Part shown: piece after piece, positions 8,696-17,254 of the stretch
How positions within the stretch are numbered: the stretch's first letter is position 1
Layout: each line of letters begins with the position of its first letter
From: Dehalococcoidia bacterium
GTDB taxonomy: Bacteria; Chloroflexota; Dehalococcoidia; Lucifugimonadales; QGNO01
Length of the DNA stretch: 64,000 nucleotides
NCBI GenBank assembly: GCA_965116555.1
Contig: OZ220698.1
Span: 1,844,444-1,908,443, forward strand
Reading direction: 5' to 3'
Translations under genes and position numbers: made by a program
Notes under the pieces: model-generated
What the model saw: only the letters and a program-made list of their open reading frames with translations
What the model was told of the DNA's origin: nothing
The model's database searches: none

Positions 8696-9964
8696 CTACA
8701 GCCTACGCAGCCTCACCGAAAACAACGTCACCCCCGCCGCCAGCGCCAAAAGCGCCAGTCCGCTAAACGACAGGGCAAACCCCACGCTGACCAGGGACGC
8801 CAGCGCGCCAATCTGCATGTGACCCACCGGAGAGGTGCCTATGGCCACCACCCAGGAACCCATGGCGCGTCCCCTCAGTTCGTTGGGAACGTTCAGCTGC
8901 ATCAGCGCCTGTGAAAGCACGTCCGTAAGCGCCGCCATGGCGCTGATCACCGTCAGCATTACCACCGCCAGCACCAGCGTACTGGACATGCCCAGTAGCA
9001 CCAGCGCCACCCCGAACACTTGGGCCACTACCAGGAACAGCAGCCCTTTCCTCCGCACGTCGCCCATGGAGGCGAGCACTATCGCTCCTAGTATGCCCCC
9101 CGCCGAATGTATCCCGTTCATAACTCCCAGGCCCGCCGCTCCCACGTTCAGCACGTCCCGCGCCAGGCTGGGCAGCACCGTCATATGGGAAAATCCCAGC
9201 ATCTCCACCGCGCCGGTTAAAAGCACAAGCTGAAGCAGCACCCGGTTGTGACGCACCTCTCTGAGGAACCCCTTCAAATTCGCCGTTACGGACTCTCGCA
9301 CAAGCGGCGCAGCCTGCCCCGCCGACCTGACTAGAAGCATCACCAGGCCGCTCACCACCTGGCCAGCCGCTATTGCAAAGAAAGCCGGTTCCAACCCAAA
9401 ACGAGCAATGATCACGCCGGTCAGCACTGCGCCCACCAGCCCGCCCGCCCTGGAGACCAGCACCACCGCGGCCAGACCCTGCATGGCCAGGGACGGCCCA
9501 ACAATGTCGTAGGTAAAGCTCTGCCTTGCCGTATGAGCAAAGGGAATCATGATCCCGGATAGCAACACCAGGACCATCAAGTGCCATATCTCCAGACGAC
9601 CCGCCACAAGCAGCAATGCAATTGCAAGGTTGGGCAGGGCCACTATGGCATTGATGAACGGCATGAACAGGCGCCTGTCCACCATGTCCACCACCGCGCC
9701 GGCAAAGATGCCCAGTACAAACTGGGGAGCCCTTCTCAGACCCATTGCCACGCCTACCATGAATGGCGAATCGGTTACCTCCAGGACTATCCAGCCCACG
9801 GCCACGTTCTCTCCCAGCATGCCGAATGCGCTGAACAGCGAACTCAGCCCCAGGATGCGGAAGTCCCTGTATTGAAAGGCGCGCAGGACCGCCAGACGGC
9901 GTCTTCCTTTGCTTGGCTCAATCACGATGAGTTCAGGGTAGCAGTAGGACGGACATATCAACAA
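8696..9964 (-). CDS. MFS transporter (MFS_3 / EntS-like subfamily); exact start uncertain
   Basis: 422-aa ORF with the same family signature (FQYRDFRILGLSS...GENVAVGWIVLEVTDSPFMVG). The first ~15 residues of the listed ORF may be upstream of the true start. Confidence 0.8.
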   Translation of the reverse strand: MLICPSYCYPELIVIEPSKGRRRLAVLRAFQYRDFRILGLSSLFSAFGMLGENVAVGWIVLEVTDSPFMVGVAMGLRRAPQFVLGIFAGAVVDMVDRRLFMPFINAIVALPNLAIALLLVAGRLEIWHLMVLVLLSGIMIPFAHTARQSFTYDIVGPSLAMQGLAAVVLVSRAGGLVGAVLTGVIIARFGLEPAFFAIAAGQVVSGLVMLLVRSAGQAAPLVRESVTANLKGFLREVRHNRVLLQLVLLTGAVEMLGFSHMTVLPSLARDVLNVGAAGLGVMNGIHSAGGILGAIVLASMGDVRRKGLLFLVVAQVFGVALVLLGMSSTLVLAVVMLTVISAMAALTDVLSQALMQLNVPNELRGRAMGSWVVAIGTSPVGHMQIGALASLVSVGFALSFSGLALLALAAGVTLFSVRLRRL

Positions 9965-9981
9965 GCGGGCTTACGGGCACA

Positions 9982-10042
9982 CGTCATACCCGCGAAGCCT
10001 GTCGCGCCCTATCGTCATACCAGTGGCGACGGGCATCCAGGG
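9982..10042. repeat. REP-like module C copies
   Basis: cgtcatacccgcgaagcc... and cgtcataccagtggcgacgggcatccaggg are variants of the cgtcatacccgcg-aggcgggtatccag palindrome seen at 12158, 18802 and 45461. Confidence 0.6.
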
Positions 10043-10076
10043 CGGCTTACTGAATGTAGCGTAGCAGCCCCCTGTC

Positions 10077-11962
10077 CTACACGTCCGTCCGGTACAGGTA
10101 GCGGATGTCCCACAGCCCGTACAGAGTCGGCGTTGTGTTGCCGAAAACGTTGCGGGCCGCGGTCAGCCTTTCCGACAGCGTCGTGTAGATGACGGGCACA
10201 TTCTCGGCGGCTATCTCTTGGGCGCGGTGGTAGTATTCCACCCGCTTCTCATGGTCAAGCTCCTGGCTGGCCCTGATGTACAGATCGTCTATCTCTGCTT
10301 CCCACTCCGTTGCCGGTTCCGTCTGATTGGGGTACCACAGGTGGAGCCCCTCGCTGCTGTGCCAGAAGTTGATGCCGCTGAACGGGTCTGTGCCTCCGGT
10401 GAAACCCACTATCATCGCCTCCCAGTCATACGATGTGGTCAGACTGTTGACCAGGTCTCCAAACTCCACCAGCTCGTAGTCCACGCCCAGGCCGATATCC
10501 GCCATCCCATTGGCGACTATCTCGCCGACCCTCTCGCGCACGCTGTTGCCAGAGTTGGTAATGAGATTGAACCGGATGGCGTTGCCTTCGCCGTCCTCCC
10601 GTATACCGTCGCCGTCCGTGTCCGTCCAGCCCAGTCCGTCAAGGATTTCGTTGGCCTCATCCGGGTCGTATTCGTACCGCCGGACGTTCGAGTTGTGGAA
10701 GTCGCCCGCCGCCGGGCTCACGGACGACCACTGGGGATAGGCCTCCCCGTGCTGCACGTCGTTTATGATGGCGTCCTTGTCTATGCTGTGCGCGACGGCC
10801 TGGCGGAACTGCGTGTTCTGGAACCACTCCAGCTTCTCCGGCGCCACGTACGGCGAACCGGGGTCGCTCTCTCCCGGATTCATGTTGAAGCCCAGGAACG
10901 TAGTCCCAAAGGCGGGGCCGCGCCTGTGTATGGTGAAGTTCTCCTCATCCTGCAACGGCTCTAGCTGGGCCAAATCCTCTCCCGGAATACCGTAGGTGTC
11001 CGACTCGCCGTCCAAGAAGCTGGCAAGCTCCGCATCGAAGTCCTCGACAATGATCTGGACTATCTGATCAAGGTACGGCAGGCTGTTGCCCTCGTCGTCC
11101 TTGAGCCAGTAGTTGGGGTTGCGCTGCAACACCACTCGCTCGCCGGGGACATAGCTCCCGATGGTGAACGGCCCGGTGCCTATAACCTCCGACGGATTCG
11201 TGTCTATGCCCCAGGTGTCGCTGAATGTGCCGTCGTCAACGTGCGACTCCAGGATGTGCTTCGGGTATATGGCCGTGCCCATCGAGCGAAGGAATGGCGC
11301 GAAGGGCACGGGCAGCACGCACTGCACGGTGTAGTCGTCCAGCGCCGTGACGGTCATCGGCAACTCCTCCCATGTGCCGCTCGCCTCATCCAGGTAGCGG
11401 AAATGGAAGGTCGGTCGGCTGCTGGCCGGAATGTCGTGATTGTAGATGATGCGGTTGAAGGTAAAGTCCACGTCGTGAGCGGTGAACGGCTCTCCGTCGT
11501 GCCAGGTCACGTCCCGGCGAAGGTGGAATGTCCAGGTCAGCCCGTCCTCGGAGTGTTCCCACGATTCCGCCAGCGACGGTTCAACCTCGTCCGTCAGCAG
11601 GAGGTCTCGGTCAACCCGTCGTAGAGATACCCCAGCACGCCGGACGATCCGGCGTCTGTGGAGATCGCTAGGTTGAGGGTAAGCGGCTCCGAGACGGTGG
11701 CAAATGTCCGTGTCCCGCCGTGTTTGCCGATCGTGTACTCGAACTCCTCGGCGTTCTGCCTGAGCCGCTCCACGATATCAGGTTGAGCGACCGGTGTAGG
11801 CTGAGGAGTAGGTGTGGGCTGCGGCGTCGGGGTGGATGTTGCGGTAGGCATAGGCTGTGGAGTAGCCGTGGGCTCGGCCTCGTTCGTGCAGGCTGCCAGC
11901 AGAAGCAGGGAAGACACCACAAGAATAGCAAGAATGATACGGCGTATCAGCATTACCGACAT
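10077..11962 (-). pseudogene. ABC peptide/nickel-type (family 5, DppA/OppA-like) substrate-binding lipoprotein, interrupted by a single frameshift near 11594-11600
   Basis: ORF 11594..11962 carries the signal peptide, a lipobox (LLLAAC), a P/T-rich linker and the start of the mature domain, ending ...GLTETSC-stop. Shifting one base continues as LLTDEVEPSLAESWEHSEDGLTWTFHLRRDVTWHDGEPF..., which runs into ORF 10077..11510. Confidence 0.75.
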
Positions 11963-12063
11963 ATTATTTAAGCCTCAAGTTGAGCATTAGGAAATGACTA
12001 CAGCTTTAAAAGAATGCCACTCATCACAACGGGTGTCAATTTGCCAGCCTAGCAAGACCAGCT

Positions 12064-12200
12064 GTCATTCTGAGTGCAGCGAAGAATCCAAGGCGGTCAA
12101 CTAAATGCAGCCTAGCTTGTGAGCAAGTATGTGGCGTGATCACAAGGTTATACACATGTCATACCCGCGCAGGCTCTGTCCTCGGGGGTGGGTATCCAGG
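12064..12200. repeat. REP-like modules A and C
   Basis: gtcattctgagtgcagcgaagaatccaagg is module A. gtcatacccgcgcaggctctgtcctcgggggtgggtatccagg is module C with an internal insertion. Confidence 0.65.
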
Positions 12201-12309
12201 AGCGGCGTGGAGGGGCATACGGAATTCGTTCCATTTTGCACAAATCCGGAGTATAATGACTCGAACCACACCTCCCTCTCCATGAGCGGAGGTGCGTTCT
12301 TGTGGACTA

Positions 12310-13164
12310 ATGAACGTTTCTATACTTCTTGCCTTGGGTGCAATGATGGCCGGCGCCCTCTCCGACCTCATTTACCGTGCCGTCCAACGCAAGGGCATCG
12401 ATCCGCCCACCTTCGTCTTCTACCAATCGGTCACGTTCACCGTGACCATCTGGGCCATCGCCATAGCCACCGGCCAAGTCTCAAACATCCTGCCCTCCAC
12501 CTGGCTGTTCGGGCTGCCCTTTGGACTGCTGGCCTACATCGGCCTCCTCCTCTTCTTCACCAGCTTGAGAGAGGGCAGCGTCAGTGTGAACGCCCCCATA
12601 TTCCGACTCAGCTTCGTCATCACCTCCGTGGCCGCCATCTTCATCCTCCACGAACCGCTGAATATGCCCAAGCTCATCGGCATACTCCTCGCCGTGGCAG
12701 GCGTCCTCTCCCTCGCCGACCTTGCCGCCCTCAGGTCCGGCCGGGGCGCAAGCCCGCGCTCCATGCTTATGCTCTTAGCCGCCACGCTCGCCTTTGGCAT
12801 CGCAGGCGTGCTGAACAAAGAGGCCACCAACCAGGGCAGCGCAACCATACCGCTGGTCGTCGTCTCCACCATCACCTTCAACGGCTCCTCCCTCATCCGC
12901 ATGCTGCTCAGCCGGAAGCTCCGGCCCAACCCGCTCACCATGTGCATGGCCCCCCTTGTCGGCATTCTCCAGCTTTCCTGGTCGTTGCTGCTCATCGAAT
13001 CGCTTCAAACCGGCGACGCCTCCATCAGCTTCCCCATAGTCCAGCTCAGCTTTGTGCTAACCGCCATCCTGGCCGTGGTCTTCCTCAGAGAGCGGGTAAG
13101 CAAGGGCTTGGTAACCGGCCTCTCAGCGTCTACACTGGCTGTACTCTCCTTTGCTTTTGCCTGA
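12310..13164 (+). CDS. EamA/DMT-family transporter
   Basis: About 10 TM segments in two internal halves (MNVSILLALGAMMAGALSDLIY...). A TATAAT box lies at 12252-12257. ATG 12310 is preferred over the listed GTG 12292. Confidence 0.7.
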   Translation: MNVSILLALGAMMAGALSDLIYRAVQRKGIDPPTFVFYQSVTFTVTIWAIAIATGQVSNILPSTWLFGLPFGLLAYIGLLLFFTSLREGSVSVNAPIFRLSFVITSVAAIFILHEPLNMPKLIGILLAVAGVLSLADLAALRSGRGASPRSMLMLLAATLAFGIAGVLNKEATNQGSATIPLVVVSTITFNGSSLIRMLLSRKLRPNPLTMCMAPLVGILQLSWSLLLIESLQTGDASISFPIVQLSFVLTAILAVVFLRERVSKGLVTGLSASTLAVLSFAFA

Positions 13165-13165
13165 T

Positions 13166-14494
13166 ATGAACAAAGCCGTGACAACAGCATCAGCCTTACC
13201 TGCCAAGCCGCCGGGGCCGTTCAGCGTCCTGTTCAACAGGGACTTTCGCCTTCTCTGGCTGGCCGGACTGTTCCGCTTCAACTCGCGCTGGATGGAACTG
13301 ATAGTCCTCGGCTGGATCATCCTGGAAGTAACCGACTCCCCCTTCCTAGTCGGCACCATTGGCTTCTTCCGCATGGCGGCCATGCCCATCCTGGGACTGC
13401 CCGCCGGCGTCATGGCCGACCGTCTCAACCGCAAGCTCATCATTGTACTCACGGAAGGCATCAACGCCGCCTTATCCATAGTTCTCTTCATCCTGGTCGC
13501 CAGCGGTTCCATTCAGTTCTGGCAGATCGCCGCGCTCACCCTGGCCATGGGCACCTCCTGGATGTGCTCCTTTCCGTCGCGCACTTCCGTGGTGCAGGAT
13601 CTTGTCGGCTCCAACAGGCTGACCAACGCTATGTCGCTAGACATGTCGGCCATGACCGCCAGCAAGATGCTCGGCCCCATCCTTGCCGGTCTGCTGCTCT
13701 ACTTAGCCGGCCCTGCGGCCGCCACGTTTACGCTTGCCGCCCTCTATACCATCGGATTTCTTCTCCTCATTCCGGTACACGTGCCGCAGCGTGACATCGC
13801 CGTACAGCGAGAGCCCGTAAAGCAGCTCCTCTCAGAGGGCGTGCGGTTCGTGGTCAAAAGCCCGGTGCTCCTCGCCGCCATCCTCATTACCATCACCGCC
13901 AACATGTTCATCTTCCCCTTCATGGTGATGATCCCCGTCTTTGCCCGCGACGTTCTCCAGGTCAACGAGACGCTGATGGGCATACTCGCCGCCGCCGATG
14001 GCCTCGGCGCTCTGGTCGGGGCCCTGTTCCTGGCCTCGCGGCGCAGCATCAGGGGGCCCGGCATGATCTACGCCTTCGGCACCGCCTTTGCCGCCGTGGC
14101 CGTCCTCACCTTCGCCCAGTCGACCAGCTATGCCTTGTCGCTAGCTCTGCTGCTGGCCTCAGGCCTCTCCTTCGCCGGATTCACCGTCATGCAGCCGGTG
14201 CTCATGATGCTCGGCGCTCCGCCGGAGATGAGGGGACGCTCCATGGGAGTTAACATGGTCGCCGTCGGCGCCGCCCCCATCGGCTTTCTGCTCACCGGCG
14301 CAATGTCGCAGGCCTGGGGCGCTCCCACCGCCGTCACCATCAACTGCGTCGCCGGGCTGGTCTGCATGCTTGGCGTCATCGCCTTCTTCCCCGCCATCCG
14401 ACGCAGGACCACCTTCCCCGAGCAGGAAGAGATCACCATTACACCCACCGGCGCCGCCCCGCCGCCCACACCGGGCGTTGGCCGTTCATCCTGA
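13166..14494 (+). CDS. MFS transporter (MFS_3 / EntS-like subfamily)
   Basis: Carries the family signature (FNRDFRLLWLAGLF...LIVLGWIILEVTDSPFLVG). ATG 13166 lies 1 nt after the EamA stop. The last codons and stop are embedded in a partial REP module D. Confidence 0.8.
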   Translation: MNKAVTTASALPAKPPGPFSVLFNRDFRLLWLAGLFRFNSRWMELIVLGWIILEVTDSPFLVGTIGFFRMAAMPILGLPAGVMADRLNRKLIIVLTEGINAALSIVLFILVASGSIQFWQIAALTLAMGTSWMCSFPSRTSVVQDLVGSNRLTNAMSLDMSAMTASKMLGPILAGLLLYLAGPAAATFTLAALYTIGFLLLIPVHVPQRDIAVQREPVKQLLSEGVRFVVKSPVLLAAILITITANMFIFPFMVMIPVFARDVLQVNETLMGILAAADGLGALVGALFLASRRSIRGPGMIYAFGTAFAAVAVLTFAQSTSYALSLALLLASGLSFAGFTVMQPVLMMLGAPPEMRGRSMGVNMVAVGAAPIGFLLTGAMSQAWGAPTAVTINCVAGLVCMLGVIAFFPAIRRRTTFPEQEEITITPTGAAPPPTPGVGRSS

Positions 14495-14506
14495 GCCTAA
14501 CCCTCC

Positions 14507-14781
14507 CCGCTCATCCTGAGCCTGTCGAAGGGCGTGAGCGGGCACCCCCATCCGTCGCTCCCGCGCAGGCGGGAGCCTAGTGGAGACGGGAACGGGAGCT
14601 CACTCCCCACCTCCCTGGATGCCCCCCCACTTCTCGGGGGCAGGCTGGGGTCGGGAATGACGGAAGGGGCGGCGGGGCTGTCATTCTGAGCCGCAGGCGA
14701 AGAATCCAAGGCCTCCCGCTTGCAAACACACCAGTCACTCCCCACGCCATACCGTCGTTCCCGAGAAGTCGGGAACCCAGG
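14507..14781 (+). repeat. ordered REP super-repeat D-C-(C)-A-B
   Basis: D 14507-14541 is ccgctca...tgagcgg. C 14553-14577 is ctcccgc gcag gcgggag. A reversed long C form lies at 14615-14663. A 14680-14711 is gtcattctgag..gaagaatcc. B 14753-14781 is gttcccga gaag tcgggaac. The same D-C-A-B order recurs, reverse-complemented, at 45363-45525. Confidence 0.8.
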
Positions 14782-14812
14782 GGCGGGGCGGAGGGGAGCC
14801 CAGTGCATCCTA

Positions 14813-15105
14813 CCCTCTGACATCTCCCCCTTCCCCACACCCCTCCGCGCCCGATACCCTTAACCCATGGGCTCACAGAACAGCGACCAGCGCCCCCGCC
14901 CGCTCATGGTGAGCTTGTCGAACCATATGAGCGGTGCCCCCCTTTGCAGCCAAAACGACCGCCTCCATACCCTCAACTTTGCCCCGGAATCTGATTCGTT
15001 TCTCACCTCCGCCAAAATTTCCCTCCAATTTAGCCTTGTACTTGACATAACGTTGGAAACGAATCCCCTTCTCAGGCACGACGCAGCTCCATCATTAACC
15101 GCCAT
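14813..15105 (+). repeat. mosaic ~300-nt repeat, copy A (segments 14813-14869 and 14946-15105, split by a REP-D module at 14899-14934)
   Basis: Near-identical to the reverse complement of 42031-42325. The core is gattcgtttc-N53-gaaacgaatc, a perfect 10-bp inverted repeat. All three reading frames are conserved, so conservation is at nucleotide level. Confidence 0.85.
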
Positions 15106-15191
15106 TTCACGCCAAAAAACCCCTTTTTGGTGCAAAAAACGCCACTTTTGTCCAGTTATCAACCGTCACCCGGACAACCCGCTGGCCCCCC

Positions 15192-15220
15192 TTGCCCTCT
15201 TGCCTGTCCCCCTATATCAT
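15192..15220 (+). promoter_or_regulatory. putative sigma70-type promoter of hotdog paralogue 2
   Basis: TTGCCC, 17-nt spacer, TATCAT. About 35 nt upstream of ATG 15256. Confidence 0.35.
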
Positions 15221-15255
15221 CCAGTCAGAAGCCATCGCACACAGGGAGGTTGACC

Positions 15256-16602
15256 ATGACCACCACGCAGACCTTTGAAGAGGCAGTACAGGAGTTCCTC
15301 GACCGCACGCGGGACCAGATCGACGAAGAGTCCCAGGAAAACCTCCCGCCGCTGCTTCCATCTCCATACGAACAGGACGGCCCCCACTACGAGTCCGCCT
15401 TCAAGTTCGACTCCAAGACCATCGGCAGCTACGCCCTCAGCATAGGCGACGACAACCCGCTCTACACCGACCCTGAGTACGGCAAGAACACCCGCTACGG
15501 CACACAGATAGCGCCCGGCAACGCCCTTGCCCTGGTGCGCTACCCCGCCGTCCACGGCGCGCGCCGGGAAGGCGGCTACCCCGTGGCCAACTTTTTCTCC
15601 GGCACCGCCTGGGAGTTCTACGATGTCGTCAGGCTGGGCTCACGGTTTCGCTCCTCCAAGAAGACCAAGGAGATCGTGGAGAAGATAGGTTCCAGGGGCA
15701 CCCTCTACTTCCTAGTCACGGAACTCATGTACTGGGACTACCACGGAGACCTTCCCGCCAAGTGCTACGGCACCCTCACCATGGTGCCGCAGGAGTCCAT
15801 GGGCGCAACCCGCACCATGGACGTGGAGCGCCTCGGCGAGAAGATGCTCTACGAGCGGGGCACGCACGAATACAGCAGCGACGAGCTGAAGAAGGTGCTG
15901 GCGGAGCTTACGGAGCAGCCACGCCGCGGCGACGATACCCTGTTCTGGGAAGACGTCGAAGTCGGACAGAAGCTAGGCCCCATGGTGCTGCCGCCCTGGA
16001 GCCACCAGGACCACATGGCTCCAGGCATCGTCAGCTCATGCACCACCCGCGGAGAGGACGGCTCCGGCGACGCCATCGCATTTGAGCCGGCCTACCGCAA
16101 CGCCAGGAAATGGAACGAGATGCGCTACAACCCGGTGACCCGCTGGCCCTGGAACTCCAAGGGCATCGAGCACGACGACGCCCTCCTCGCTCCCTACCGC
16201 GGACTGCCCGGCCCCTTCGACAGCGGCGTGCAGCGCGTCCAGATACCGCAGAAGCTGCTCCGCGACTGGATGGGCGACGACGGCTTCATCCGCCGCATGT
16301 ACACCGGCATGCGACGCCCCGTGTTCTACGCCGACGCCTGTTTCTACCATGGCGAAGTGGTCAAGAAGTTCACCGAGACCCAGACCGGCGACGATACACC
16401 CGGCGGCACGCCGGGCCAGGCCGAATACCACGCCGTGGGCATCCGGATCAGCGGCACCAACCAGGTCGGCGAGGCCCAGCTTGTCGGCACCGCCACCGTC
16501 TACCTACCCTCGCGGGAGGGCGGGCCGGTGCAGCTGCCCGTACCGCACCAGGGAAGGCCTCCTTTCGTCCCCTACAACACCTTCTACAAAGACTGGTACT
16601 AG
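15256..16602 (+). CDS. double-hotdog protein, paralogue 2
   Basis: The listed ORF starts at 15127, but GGGAGG sits 6 nt before ATG 15256. MTTTQTFEEAVQEF aligns with the N-termini of paralogues 1 and 3, and the upstream part runs through repeat DNA. Confidence 0.8.
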   Translation: MTTTQTFEEAVQEFLDRTRDQIDEESQENLPPLLPSPYEQDGPHYESAFKFDSKTIGSYALSIGDDNPLYTDPEYGKNTRYGTQIAPGNALALVRYPAVHGARREGGYPVANFFSGTAWEFYDVVRLGSRFRSSKKTKEIVEKIGSRGTLYFLVTELMYWDYHGDLPAKCYGTLTMVPQESMGATRTMDVERLGEKMLYERGTHEYSSDELKKVLAELTEQPRRGDDTLFWEDVEVGQKLGPMVLPPWSHQDHMAPGIVSSCTTRGEDGSGDAIAFEPAYRNARKWNEMRYNPVTRWPWNSKGIEHDDALLAPYRGLPGPFDSGVQRVQIPQKLLRDWMGDDGFIRRMYTGMRRPVFYADACFYHGEVVKKFTETQTGDDTPGGTPGQAEYHAVGIRISGTNQVGEAQLVGTATVYLPSREGGPVQLPVPHQGRPPFVPYNTFYKDWY

Positions 16603-16607
16603 AAAGA

Positions 16608-16630
16608 AAGCCCCCAGAATTTGGGGGCTT
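16608..16630. terminator. bidirectional hairpin terminator between paralogue 2 and the HNH gene
   Basis: aagccccca / tgggggctt 9-bp stem. A T-rich run (ttctttct) follows on the minus strand, and ttctcat on the plus strand. Confidence 0.6.
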
Positions 16631-16657
16631 CTCATACCTTAGTTCGGAACGAGGGCA

Positions 16658-17254
16658 TCACGTTAAGTTCCCTGCTTTTTCACGGTTGCATTTCTCACAA
16701 AGCAACTGAATGTTCCGTGTCGTGTTACCCCCTCCTTTGGACAAGGGAATGATGTGATCGAATTCAAGCGACTCTTGGTTGCCGCATTTGACGCACCGGC
16801 CTCTGTCGCGCTGCCAGACATTCACCTTGACATCGTCTGGTATCGGTTGCCGGCGTCTGGTCAACCTTGAGCTACCCTGATTTATGCGGGCAGCGGCCCT
16901 TTCTACCCTCTTTCTCCTCTGTTTTACGTTGTCAATAATGAGAATGGCCACTTCTCTAACTGAGAACTGTTCGTCTTCCCAGTAGAACTCGTCTCTGAAC
17001 ATCCACCACGTCTTGTTGCTAAGCGGATCGGTCATCACCGTCACCGGCCTTTGCTGCTGCTGTTCCATTAAGCTGCTGTACGCTTTGTCATCCATCTCCT
17101 CTGCATGGGTTTTGCCGCTATGGAAGCGCCAGTATGATTTCTTCCAGAAGAAAGAGCCTTGTTCTCGAGACGAGAATCGACCCTTTGGGTCTCGCTTGAA
17201 CATCCTTAGTGCTCCAAACTGCCTAGCTGCTTTAGTGCTACTCAGTATATCCAA
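16658..17254 (-). CDS. HNH endonuclease-domain protein with an uncharacterised ~130-aa N-terminal region
   Basis: The C-terminus RGRCVKCGNQESLEFDHIIPLSKGGGNTTRNIQLLCEKCNREK is a canonical HNH (C..C...H..P...GG...N...LC..CN) core. Low G+C (about 45% in a 60-nt sample). Confidence 0.8.
   Translation of the reverse strand: MDILSSTKAARQFGALRMFKRDPKGRFSSREQGSFFWKKSYWRFHSGKTHAEEMDDKAYSSLMEQQQQRPVTVMTDPLSNKTWWMFRDEFYWEDEQFSVREVAILIIDNVKQRRKRVERAAARINQGSSRLTRRRQPIPDDVKVNVWQRDRGRCVKCGNQESLEFDHIIPLSKGGGNTTRNIQLLCEKCNREKAGNLT

Noticed and set aside
14507-14935. Possibility that the clustered short repeats form a CRISPR array (also 18802-18966, 42362-42669, 45363-45525)
   Set aside because: The repeats belong to four different palindromic module types in mixed orientations with irregular spacing. 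There is no single direct repeat of constant length with unique spacers, and no cas genes are in the window.
15035-15075. TTGACA hexamer inside the mosaic repeat core as a promoter
   Set aside because: No acceptable -10 hexamer lies 16-19 nt downstream (cccctt/tcccct). The genes downstream of each copy have their own better promoter candidates closer to the start codon.
14497-15253. Several 60-130-aa ORFs across the repeat-rich intergenic region (for example 14497..14838, 14867..15253, 14873..15079). Their look-alikes lie at 41860..42273 and 42031..42243
   Set aside because: The similarity between the two loci holds in all three frames and on both strands. It is therefore nucleotide-level repeat conservation and not protein conservation, and the ORFs run through REP palindromes.
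15127-15255. Longer N-terminus for hotdog paralogue 2 (listed ORF start 15127) and paralogue 3 (17312)
   Set aside because: The extra residues are not shared among paralogues and overlap promoter or repeat DNA. Good SDs precede the internal ATGs, which align with the paralogue 1 start.
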